Shown here piece after piece: positions 39,490-51,101 of a DNA stretch of 51,101 bases. The first letter of the stretch is position 1. The number at the start of each line of letters is the position of its first letter. The stretch covers positions 39,856,760 to 39,907,860 of the forward strand of contig JBOZIK010000001.1 in assembly GCA_051453625.1 (NCBI GenBank), in the 5' to 3' direction. Source of the stretch: Welwitschia mirabilis (Eukaryota). A model generated the notes under the pieces. It was not told where the DNA came from and ran no database searches. It was given only the letters and a program-made list of their open reading frames with translations. Made by a program: the position numbers and the translations under genes.

Positions 39490-40330
39490 GATGGAGATTC
39501 AAGACCATTAAATCGTAATAATCATTTATTAGATAATTTAAGTTCTATCAATCCTATATCTCTACATCAACTAGATAAAGTAAAAAACATAAATAATACC
39601 ATAATACCCACTTTTGAAGGTAAAAAGTTAGAAGAATGTCTATTACACCTAAGCTTATTTGATGCTTTTTGTAAAGTTAATTATCTTCTCTCAGAATCTA
39701 ACTTTCTTAAATATTTTCATTTTTTCTAAAAGGAGATACTCAAGTATGATATCATAGAAATCCTATCATGCTTTTAGCTTATAAGAATCCTTAAAAATGC
39801 TTTTATAGCTAAATTTCAACCCATGAAAATGGTTAAAGCTTTAAGAGAACAAATCCTGCACATTAAACAAAAAAATAATAAAAGATTTGATGAATTCATG
39901 GATAGGTATAACATATTGTTAGCCAAATGTCCTAATCATAAAATCATGCCTCGAGAATGAGTCAAATCTCACTTGAAGAACTGCAGAGTTAGACATTGAA
40001 TAAAGTAGACTTATTATGTAGAGAAAGCATCAAAACTAAGAATGTCCAAGAATTGGGAGAAGCCATTACTCAGTTTTATAACATGACTCAAGGATGGAAT
40101 TAACAGAATGAAATAAGAAGAAGGTAAATTAAGTATGCACCTCAAAACCATATGGTAGTGTGTATAGCTCAAAGTATATCAATCTTATAGAAGAAGTATC
40201 TAAAAAAGTGATTGATAGCATGGTAGAGAAATTTGATCAGTTAGCTGTACAACATTTTAAGGAGGAAGAAGAACCTACATGTAAACCTTGTCGAGAATAC
40301 AATCATGATGAAACAGAATACCCTTGAATG
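39490..40330 (+). pseudogene. gag: Gypsy (Athila-like) gag pseudogene
   Basis: Manual translation: IPTFEGKKLEECLLHLSLFDAFCK...LKNAFIAKFQP...LREQILHIKQ...RYNILLAKCPNHKI fits the retrotransposon gag pattern; frameshifted. Confidence 0.75.
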
Positions 40331-41029
40331 TGAAAATTTGTTCATTAATTAGATATAAATAGATTAGATTTAAATTCTAGCAATCAACCTCAAATTAGAA
40401 AGAAACCATATCCTTACCAAAGTAGGAAATGTAAAAGAAAAGTAAAAATACCTTTACAAAGGTATGTAAACTCAAAGAGAAAAGAGCAATATGATTATTA
40501 TAGAAACTAGAAAAATAAAGATTTAAAAGATCAAAGAGAAAAATTACAAATAGAAAGAAGGGAAAATCCCTACTGAACCTCAATCAAATCTAAGAGAAGC
40601 AATAAGTAAGGCAATAACTACTAGATCTAGGAAACATAAAGTGACATATGAATCATAGAAAAAGAATGCAAATCCAAGCAAGTAACTAGGTAACAAAGAG
40701 GAAGAGGCTGAAAGAAAAATAATGAATGATACCTCAGTATATTCTTTAACTTTTCTAATGAGAAATTAGCAAATAGAGCATCCAAAAGTTTAAAAAGATA
40801 TAGGGTATTTAACAAGAATATTAGAAGATATAAAAATATCAATACCTATTTTAAAATTATTAAAATATGTACCTATGTATTGAAAATAGATGAAGAGCAT
40901 GTATTCAAAATAAAAAAAATAAAAAAGAAATTAAGAAAGGAAAAAAACTTAAGATGTTAATGAAGGATCAAGTTTCTTGGTCTTCCACGCAAGTTCTTTA
41001 AAATAGATAATATGAAAAGTATAGTAATT

Positions 41030-44000
41030 ATGGAATACCTATGATAAATGTGAAAATAGAAAGAAAACTCAAAGTAGAAGCACTTGTAGATCTTGGATCA
41101 TGTATTAATGTTATGGCCTATGAAACTTATGAAGAATTAGGAAAATAAAAATTAATACCTTACCAAGGAAAAGTTTACTTAGTAGATGGCTCAGCAGTTG
41201 TTCCAGAAGGAGTTCTATAGAATATACCCATAGAGTCTAAGGTTTTATCTATTTGATAGGTTTACTAGTAATGAAAACTCAAGGATATACCCATGCAGTG
41301 ATTCTCAGAAGACCATGAATGGCTACTACAAATGCTACTATTTATTCTAGAAAAGGGGTAATGGAAATTAATCTTGAAGATATTAAAAAAAGAGATCAAA
41401 CTATCTGATGTAGTAGTTATTGAAGAAATGGTATAGAATACAAAAGTGAAAACCAATATAATCCTAATATAGGAAGTTAACTTGATGTTAAATAAACAAA
41501 ATGAGGAGAAATACAAGGAAGAAGATTTAGCATCTTAAGAAGTATAAAATCCTTCTCTTTTAAGGAAGGACTAGAATATATTGAGATAGCTCCTAATAAA
41601 CCTTTAATCATAAGCAACTATTTAACTCATTCTAAGAAGATAATACTTAAAAGAACATTAATTTAAAAAAAAGAAGCATTTTCTTGGAATCATATAGATA
41701 TTAAAGAAATAGATTTGAAAATCTGCCAACATAGAATCTATTTAGACACTTCTATTAAATTAATTCAATAATCAAAAAAAATATGTAACCCACATATGTA
41801 GAAAATAATTAAATAAGAAATTCCCAAACTCTTGAAAGTATGATTCATTTACCCAATATCTAATTCAAAATGGGTTAGTCTTACAATGGTTATATCAAAG
41901 AAAGAAAATAAATAGAGGATGTGTATAGACTTTAGAATGCTAAATACAGTAACTTATAAAGATCATTTTCCTCTTCTATTTATTGATTAAGATTTAGAAA
42001 GAGTATTTAGACATCAATAATATAGATTCATATATGGATATAGTGGCTAAAATTAGGTTTTTGTAGCTTTAAAGAACTAAGCCAAAACAACTTTTACTTA
42101 TTATTGGATACTTATGCTTATAAAGTACTACCATTTAAACTATGTAATACTCTCACTACTTTTCAAAGGTTAGTAAATAGTATTTTTAAAGATATGATAG
42201 GAAGATTAGTTAAAATATTTATGGATGATTTCTCAACATTTGGAAAGGAATTTGAAGAGTTACTTGAGAGACTAAAAAAAGTTTTGAAGAGATATAAAGA
42301 AAAATGCCTTAGACTTAGCTGGTCGAAATGTCATCTTATGGTAACCGAAGGAATCATGTTAGGACATAAAATATCTAAAAAGGGGATTGAAACTAATAAA
42401 TAGAAAATTAAAGCTATAAAAGATATTCCATTCCTACTTAAACTAAAAGAGTTTAAATCTTTCCTAATACATGTTGGATATTATATAAGATTCATATCCA
42501 ATTTCAATAAAATTGTTAAACCTTTAAGTAATCTTATACAAAAGGATGTTGAATATGACTAGACTAAGGATTTTCAAAATACCTATCAAACATTAAAAGA
42601 TAAACTTTTATTAGCACCTATTCTATAATGGTCAAATTTGATAAGACCATTTCACATTATAACTGATGCATCTAAACATGCTATGGAAGTAGTTTTAGAA
42701 TAGAAATATGAAGACAATAAATCTTATGCCATTTATTACATAAGTAAGAACTTTAAACTAGATCAACAAAATTATATAGTAACAAAGAAAGAATTGCTAG
42801 TAGTAGTAATGGCACTAGAAAAATTCAGACATCATATTTTATATTACAAGGTAAAAGTTCATACTAGTGATAGTGCCATTAGATTTCTAATGAATAAGAA
42901 AGAAGCAAACTTGAAAACTATAAGATAGATATTATTAATGTAGGAGTTTGATTTAAAATCATTGATAGAAAAGGAATAAATAACATGATAGCAAATCACT
43001 TATCAAATTTCAAGTTTTTGAATAAAAACTAGATTAACATAAGGATGAGTTTCCTAATGACCATCTTTTTTAGATACCCATAAATCTGTGATATTCTAAC
43101 ATTACTAACTTTCTTGTAAGTAAAACATTACCCTCTTTTATAACTCATTATAAAAGAAAAATATTGTTAAGGGAGTCTAGGGATTATATTTAACATGATA
43201 AGATGTTATTTAAAGAATGTAAAGATCATGTCATCAAAAGATGTATAGAAGAAAACTTACAAAGAGAAATTTTAAAGGAAGCTCATGAGGGGGAAGGAAG
43301 AGGACATTATGATGCAAAAAGAACAGAAATGAAAATTCTCCATATGGAATATTATTGATCCATCATATTTAAAAATGCAAATACTAATGCCTAAGGTTGT
43401 GGTAAATGTTAAATAGAAGACATATTTAGGCAAAAGTTTGAAATGCTATAATAATGGATGCAAACAATTGAACCTTTGATGTTTGAGGAATATATTTTGT
43501 TAGACCTATCAATGCCTCATCCTTTGAAAAGAAATAAATTTTGATTTGTGTTAATTCCTTCACTAAATGGGATAAGGCTAAGGCTATGACAAATTGTTCT
43601 TCTAAAACTATAGTTAACTTTTTTCTTAAAAATATTATCCATAAGTTTGAAACCTCCTAAAGCCTTATATCTAATAGTGAAACTCACTTTACTAGTGAAG
43701 TATTTGAAACACTTTTGACTAAGTTTAGAATCCATCACAATCTCTGTACTAACTATCACCCTCAATCCAATGGCCAAGTTGAAGTAACTAATAGAGAACT
43801 CACTAGAATATTAATAAAGATTATCAATCATAAGAAAACTGATTAGATTGATAAATTAAATGAAGTTATATTGGCTTACAAAATAACTTGGAAACATACT
43901 ATAGGTTTTAATCCATATGAATTAGTTTATAGAAAAAAAGCTATTTTGCTCATTAAATTTAAAATAAAAATATTTAAATTGACTAAAGAATTAAAATGTA

Positions 44001-44330
44001 ACTTATACACAGCTCAAAAAGATTAGATAGAAAACATTGATATTTTAAATAGAAATAGGAACCTCTTCTATGGAAAGAACTTATACAATAGAAAACTAAA
44101 ATATATCATGATAACAGAATCATGAAAATAAATTTTAATATAGGAGACTTTGTATTAGTTTATGATTCTAAGAAAATCCGTTTAAAACAAAAATATGAAC
44201 AAAACTAGCTAGGACCCTATGCCATAACAAAAATTCTAAAAAAGGGAGCTATAGAAATATATGATCCTAATCAAAAAGTAACCTACCAAGTTAATGGACA
44301 AAGAGTAAGGATATATTATAATCATAAATT
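41030..44330 (+). pseudogene. pol: Gypsy pol pseudogene (protease, RT, RNase H, integrase)
   Basis: ALVDLGSCINVM (PR); FIYPISNSKWVS, KDHFPLLFID, IFMDDFS, KCHLMVTEGIMLGHKISKKGIE (RT); TDASKHA, KKELLVVV (RH); AHEGEGRGHY...GCGKC, YHPQSNGQVEVTNREL, GPY (INT). Confidence 0.93.
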
Positions 44331-47300
44331 TGTGCTTAATTATTTAAGAAACCCTAACAGGGTTAGAATAATACTTTTACTCTATCTCTAAAATAAAGCT
44401 CCAAAGTTAGATAATAAAAGAACATATTATTTTTTTAAAGTTTATTTAGTTTATTAATTTACCAAGTTGTTTAAGGTAAATGAAATGATTGTAAAATAAG
44501 AACTTAACTTGATAAGTCTTCAATAGGAAATCATGCATTATTTTATTAAGAAGATTAAGGAGATATTTTCCAATAGATAACAAAATACTTTCTAAGTATT
44601 ATTTAAAGAAAGAAGAGAGGGGGAGGAGCAGGGATTGTAGTGCAATATGATAGCTATGAGAATTCCATTGAGGGGTTAGTTGGCCATGATCTAGATATAA
44701 AGAGAACTAAATATATCTTGTGGATCTTTACTTCTATAATAGTGATTTCACTCTCCTCATTGTGGTTAATCTAAGTTGTGAGGAATAAAAAGTGGAGGAA
44801 CAGTCATGCATATGGAGTTATCTGAGACATAGTTAGTTACCAAAACTAGAACCTTATCATAACTAGAGATTAGGAAAGAAAAGAAAACAAAAGAAAATAT
44901 TCTAGTCTATGATGGAATGTGTATTTGAATATTTTCAATTCAATAGCATACACAATTATTAAATTCTATTTAAGCAAAGAGAAACCTTCAAACTTTTAGA
45001 ATCACTTTACATGATCTTAATAATTAGATGAATTGTTTAGTTTGAAATTTCTTTAATGGAATAAATGTGTCCATAATAAAGTAAAAATAGTGAAAGATAA
45101 TTTATTTGAAATAAGAATTAAAAACTTTATTAAGAAAGGTAGTTATTACATTCATTTGTAGAAATAAAAGTAAAAAAAATTCTTAAATCCTTAAATAGGC
45201 TACTTCTCAAATTAGGAAATTTAATTCTTAAAGTGACTAAAAAATTTGTTTCTTCTATGAGAATGTCTAGTCTTTGATGTTGACCCTACAAGATTCTCAC
45301 CTGAGGGAAATAGATGCATCTCATTTAGAGATTCATTCATCATATTCATTTTCTCTAGGTGTGTAAAAAAAAAATTTTAGTAAGATTTAGCATCCCACAT
45401 TATCCTCTTTATATTTTTATTATCAAAACTTAGTGTAGTAAGGCTCATGATAGGGTTGATGCCCTGAAGTTGATTGACTTTCTTCTCTAGCACCTGCATT
45501 TGCCTAACTAGCTGATCCAAAGAAATGTTGTAAGTTGATTTTCCATAATTGAGCTACCAACATAATTCTCTAGTCTTAATCTTAGATACTTAATTACTAA
45601 ATGATGAATTAAAGGACCAAAGCTTGAAGGAATGAAACTACTTTCAACATAGTCTTTACTAGCTATCACTTGATGAAGGAATCCAAGGCATCTAAAACCT
45701 TAGTAGTTGAATTATAATCATAGTATGGGAATTGTTGTACTATGTTTCCAGACCAAATAGAGATTGAAATGATTGGGGGTGTACAGTGCTAATGCATATG
45801 TCTACTTGTGTAGAACCCAAGGTGAATAAATAATGCTTCACCTTCTTGATTGCAGAGGTAGTAATAGGAGAAGAAGGAAGAGTGTAAGCCATAGAGATTA
45901 ACAAAGAAAAGAAAACAAAAAGTGGAAGATGACTAAGTAAAGAAATTATTAAGATTAGATAAGAGTGATGATGATCGGAATAAAATAAATACAATTTATA
46001 GCACAAATATCACCTTTCTATTTGATAAGTGTAGTTCAATTAAGTTATCCAGTGCACATGTGTTTAATTTTAAAGTGAAAATTTAAATAAAAGTGATATA
46101 CCTATTTTTCCAAATAGCTAGAGTATGCTAAGTATTAGCATAAATCTTTAAGCAGGTCTAGAATCAAAAGATCCAAAACTAATCAAGATTCAACTTATGG
46201 GTAAAACTTCAAATTCATTTATGATCAGTTTAAATTTTCCAAGATATATGCCACTACAGGGATCCACTGAATCTTACTATTATAAACCGCATTATCAAAT
46301 AATTACCCAAACCCTATAGATGCCTTTTCATCAAAAGAAAATTTTTATACCATATCTAGTAACATAAAAAAGATTTTATTTTATTTTACTTTAAGGAAGG
46401 ATAAGAAAGAGAAGTTATTAGTGTTTTTCTCCTATAGAAATTTCATCATAAATTAAACCTTAAGATCAACATAAGAAGAAATATCACTTGGCTGATTGAC
46501 ACCAACCCAAAGCCAAAACTATGTTAGATTTTAAATGGATCATTCAAAACTTAAATAATTAGTTAACATTAATGTAAAGTCGAAACTTTGAGTTGAATTT
46601 CATGTCAAATTATTCATCTTCTTTGATCCAAAAACCTACATTCAAATAAATATCACATAATTAACTAATACAAACTTGAATTTAAAACTTTGAATTGGAT
46701 TTTGAGCCAATCTAAGTATGTTTCATCTTGCGATTAAAAGAAAAAAAATAATTTATTGATTGATACCAACCCAAAGTCAAAAATTTGTATGGGATTTCAA
46801 TCCTAATCCTTAGCACACAAGTTCTAGGGATTAATTGACATTAGTCCACAGTGAATCTTCAAACTAGATTTTAAGCCAACTTTAATCCTTTAAACTTTCT
46901 TTTAGAAGAGGAAGGTCTAATTCTTGATGATTCTCCTTAACTTCTTTCTATAACTATAACACAAGACTCTACTTTTTTATTTACACTTACCTTCATAATG
47001 ATGATAGTAAGAATTTAAAGAATCATAAGCTCTTAATGATCACCATTGAGCTCTTTTGATTACCTCCACAATGGACTCGATGGTCCCTATTAAGAAGTTG
47101 AGTCCTTGATGACCCTCATCGAATTTGGTGCTACAGAGAGTGACCATCACTTAAATATGTCTTCTAATTACCTTATCATTCCACTTAAAGTTATTCTTGA
47201 TAATTCTTCTCCATTATCAACAACCCCCATTACAATGTTAACTTCATGTCATGTCAACCATGTTAGCACCCATGATGTTAATTTCAAATCAGTGAAATTT

Positions 47301-48366
47301 TCAAATTTTTATCTTACCAGATCTGCATTTAAATTTTTCCCATATCAACAAAGAATGAAAAAGCTTCAGTATAATCTATTTCAAATTTGATTCACATTGT
47401 GATTACTCTTTGATCATGTGAAATTAATATAATGCAAGTATAATTTTTTGTCTATATTGAGTAGGATTAGGCCTGCAACTTTTGCATTTCTCATTCTTTT
47501 GTGTTTTTTATGCTTTATCATGTTTTCTTTTACTTTTAAATTCATGAGAAGATAAGTTCACATAAAAATTTTGAGACAAACCCCAGCTTATGATATTAGA
47601 GCTTCTAAAAAAAGGCAAGGATAGCTTCAATAAGGAGATTAAAGAGAGCCTTTAGTAGGAAGGTCAGTCATCACATGGGATTACATGGCCTTTGTCAAAA
47701 TTCTCAGTTACCCTCATTGAATCCTCTTCATGAGGAAAGTGATTATCCTTATTATAGACTCTAAAAATTTTATAAGAAATATGTTCTATACTAAGTTTTA
47801 AGGAAAAGGATTTTATAGAAAAAATGAGTAGAATATCAGGGGAAATGGGTGTTTGCTTTAGACAAGTGCAAATGATACTTATTGGGGAGAAAATTAATAA
47901 AAAGTTGGATAGAATGAATGTTAAGAGGACAAATATTTCTGGAAAGAGAAAATATTTCAAGAGATAAGAAGATAAAAGCAACCAAAGTAAGTGAGTTAGA
48001 TTTTTAAAAGTACTTTGTTCAATGAAGAATTCTTCTATAGAACATCATGAGTTTTGTTTAAGAAACTCATGGTCAATAGAATATCAAGTAAATAATATAA
48101 GCCAAAAAACCATGATCACATTTATGCAACTATTAGGATTAAAAGTTATTATTTTGAGTATGAAAGTAGATAATAGTTATGAAGCACTAAAATTGGAGCA
48201 CAAGAATCTATAGCTCCTATTTTCTAAGCTTTTTATAATGTGAACATGCCATGGATAACCTATCATTCTAGGGAATATCTTAAACATTCCCAACCTAACT
48301 CCATTTCTCTCTCTTATAAATACTTTATTTATTAAAAAGTTAACAAAAATTTAAGCTTAGGAAAAC

Positions 48367-49451
48367 TGATGAGGATGAATTTTATGTAAATTTTACTTAT
48401 TAATGAAGTGTTTTTCATTATATCAATTATGTATTTTATCAATAACTAAATGTTTTTTATATATCTTTATGCTTACTAATCAATAGGTTGGTTAGTTAGT
48501 GTGTTAGTAGGTTAGTATGCATATATTTCATTATTGCATTTTAGGTACAGAATGCCAAGTGATATGAAGACAAGAGATAAGGTTGAGGTAGTAAATCAGT
48601 ATAACAACCGCAACCATATACCTTACTCAGAAGCAAAAAATGAAAACAAAAAAACTAATAAGAGAATAAGAATGTGATTACTACCAGATGTGAGGATATT
48701 TTTGGCAAAAAGGTTCTAAGAATAGACAAGGCAAGAAGGTCAAGTTAGAGAACTCCAACTAACCTACAAAAGATAATACAATTGTTAGCTCATATTTATG
48801 TGAAAATTGGTATTTCATTACAAAGCTGAAAATCATTTAAGTATCATTGTGTGCATACTTTATTACTTAAAAAAGTAATATTACTTATATATTACTCCTG
48901 TTTATGTAGCTGAACATAAACTAGGATAATTCTAGTAGTTAGAAATAGGTATCGCTTAGTAGTCTATTTAACTTTTTTCATGTTTTATTTCTTTCATTAA
49001 TTCCCCTTGATGTAATATATGTACATAGTAATTAAGTTTAAATAAATAACCTAAATAGTTTAAGTAACTTTATCACAAGACTATTGTAATTATAAATTTT
49101 GAACTAAATGGTTAAGTCTCAACTAGTTCTTTAGTAAGCCTTTGATGTATTTTTATTTAATGATGTGTNNNNNNNNNNNNNNNNNNNNNNNNNNNNNNNN
49201 NNNNNNNNNNNNNNNNNNNNNNNNNNNNNNNNNNNNNNNNNNNNNNNNNNNNNNNNNNNNNNNNNNNNGAACTAAATGGTTAAGTCTCAACTAGTTCTTT
49301 AGTAAGCCTTTGATGTATTTTTATTTAATGATGTGTGCTTATTTCAGATTAACAATAGCATAGTTTCTACATTTTTCTAGCATTATTTTACAGTTTCTGA
49401 TATTATTTTATGTTACTTCTACATTTATTTTATCATATAATCCACCCATCA
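48367..49451 (+). repeat. 3' LTR of the Athila-like element
   Basis: TGATGAGG after the purine-rich AAGCTTAGGAAAAC; ends CCCATCA, forming terminal inverted repeat TGATG...CATCA. Contains a 100-N gap. Confidence 0.75.
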
Positions 49452-50136
49452 AATATCAACCACAAAAGATAAAATTGAGTAAATTTACTTTTTATAAGAT
49501 GAGATGATTAACTTTTCAAACTACCTATGGCATTGTAGCATCATTTTCATGAGTAAATTAGCATTATAGCATCATTTGATAGTTTTTCCTACTCAAGCAT
49601 AAATCACATGTGAAAATTCAATGGTTTTATCAACTCCTTGGCTTAAAACCGACTTAAGTGCACCTATAAATATCCCCCTTAATGTCCCAACTCATATCAT
49701 AATATTATTATACCTAGTTTAAGCTATTTTGATGTGACTAAAGTAATTCTCAAGAATTGGAAGTAGATTTTCTACTTTACTTCTCTTATCTTTCAAGTTG
49801 ATTTTATCTCTATATTAGCTTTCGAAGCCTTTTATATTCTTCATGAACATCTTTTGCTATTATATAAATCCATTTTCAGCCTTTTACACCCTTTTACATT
49901 CCATTTTCTATTATTGTTTCTCCTATTTTCATCCATCTAGAGGATGTTACAAGGGTTTTGAGGTGTACATAAATGGGTAATGCAAGAGGAGAAGAAGGCA
50001 TTAAATCTTGTAAGTAATTAAAAACTAATGAAAAGGGCTATGATTGCATTTGAAACTAATAAGTGTTATTTTCCTTATGTTTTATGCTTTTTATTATTTT
50101 ATCATGTTTTCTTTTAATTTAGCTAGAGTTCTTATA
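49452..50136 (+). repeat. Continuation of macro-repeat unit 5 (begins 38166-38302), truncated at about 50136
   Basis: Collinear with about 14455-15160 of unit 1 (e.g. CCTACTCAAGCATAAAT, GAAGGCATTAAATCTT). Confidence 0.85.
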
Positions 50137-51101
50137 GATTTATTATATGTACATAGTAGCTTGGTTTTAATAAACGACCTAATTATTTCAATAACTTTAT
50201 TACAAGACTATTGTCATGATGAATTTTAAACTAATTTGTTAAGATGTAACTAGTTATCTAGTAATCCTTCATGTAATTTTTATTTTAATGATGTGTGCTT
50301 ATTTTAGGTTAATAGTAGCATAATTTCTATACCTTTCCAGCATTGTGTATGGTTTTTAGTAATATTTTTTGATACTTTCTATATTTATTTTATAACCTAA
50401 GTCATCCATCATTTTGATGCTAAAAGGAGGGCCTCTATAAATCCAACTAGTGATGATGATGAAAAGTACCATGCAATAAGATAGTCAAAGAAGATGATAA
50501 GATAAAAAAGGCATGTATGTTAGAAACCTGAAAAAAATTTGGTTTAAATGAATAGACTAAAGATGTTATTAAATTGAAAATAGAAGATGAGGATTTTTTG
50601 GAAGACAATGTAACTTTAGAAAGGATGGTAAGATACCAAATCTTTCCTAAATTAATGAGTGAATTTGAGTAATGAATGCACAACATTCTAGCATCACCCA
50701 AATCACCAGGAGAATCTTCTCAAAGACTTCAAGTCAAAAAGCCTTAAAAGCAAGTAATAACACAGTGTTATTAGGAGGATGATGGAGATTCAAGACCTTT
50801 GAATCATGATACCCACTAGGTAAATGATTTGAGTCCTGTCAACCCTATAACCATATAGCAACTAGACAAAATAAGAAATATAAATACTACCATGATATCT
50901 ACTTTTGAAAGAAAGAAGTCAGAAGAATATCTATTACACCTGAGCTTATTTGATACTTTTTGCAAAGCTAATTATCTTGATATAAAATCTAACTACCTCA
51001 AATATTTTCCTTTTCTTTAAAAGGGGATGCTTAATTATGGTATCATAGGAATCCTAACTATGCTTTTAGTTCATGGGGAATCCTTAAAAGTGCTTTCCTA
51101 G
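50137..51101 (+). mobile_element. Second copy of the Athila-like family: 5'-truncated LTR (50137-50411), PBS (50415-50431), leader and gag start; runs off the window
   Basis: Collinear with about 38847-39810. LTR end TCCATCA, PBS TGATGCTAAAAGGAGGG, gag motif STFERKKSEEYLLHLSLFDTFCK. Confidence 0.88.

Larger units (their letters stand above)
38403..49451 (+). mobile_element. Decayed Ty3/Gypsy non-chromovirus, Athila-like LTR retrotransposon (5' end in the N gap), inserted in macro-repeat unit 5
   Basis: Paired LTR 3' halves ending CCCATCA (39122, 49451), PBS, domain order gag-PR-RT-RH-INT, Athila-type motifs, no additional RNase H seen. Repeat unit resumes at 49452 (AATATCAACCAC). Confidence 0.9.
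14036..50136 (+). repeat. Tandem macro-repeat array, about 3.85-4.05 kb unit, four complete units and one partial, interrupted by two LTR retrotransposons
   Basis: Marker TTTTAGAACT(A/T)TAAT recurs at 14090, 18081, 30274, 34318 and 38166. Unit sequence is collinear between copies (e.g. TTTTTGGATGATGAAA at about 17316, 29511, 33562, 37413). Unit sequence resumes at 49452 after the Gypsy element. Confidence 0.9.

Noticed and set aside
49101..49336. Identical 68-bp direct repeat flanking the 100-N gap
   Set aside because: Unmerged contig overlap; absent from the other LTR copies.
17043..50229. Hydrophobic 60-74 aa ORFs within the macro-repeat (17043, 17234, 36618, 50044)
   Set aside because: F/L/I/Y-rich products expected by chance from T-rich DNA, and not called as ORFs in sister units.

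Overview
AT-rich, CpG-depleted plant-type heterochromatic DNA with several N gaps and no intact host gene that I can recognise. From left to right: (1) 1-2625, the 3' part of a pol-less Ty1/Copia SIRE (Sirevirus-like) derivative, inserted into (2) 2626-11302, a non-coding element with two long, diverged LTR copies and a tRNA-iMet PBS (Tekay/Del-like LTR ends). This element carries an anomalous CpG-retaining, gene-promoter-like island at about 7150-8350. (3) From about 14036 to 50136 lies a head-to-tail array of about 3.85-4.05 kb units (four complete, one partial) of unknown origin. It is interrupted by (4) a decayed SIRE/Copia element with both LTRs (18257-25687, 5-bp TSD ACTTC) and (5) a decayed Athila-like Ty3/Gypsy element (to 49451) with a tRNA-Asn PBS and about 4 kb of extra 3' sequence. 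(6) A second, 5'-truncated copy of the Athila family is fused to the array at about 50137. All coding sequence is pseudogenised, largely by C>T/G>A changes. The least explained items are the 4-kb macro-repeat, the CpG island and the structure of the non-coding LTR element. All alignments were done by eye, so boundaries are approximate unless a terminal motif is quoted.
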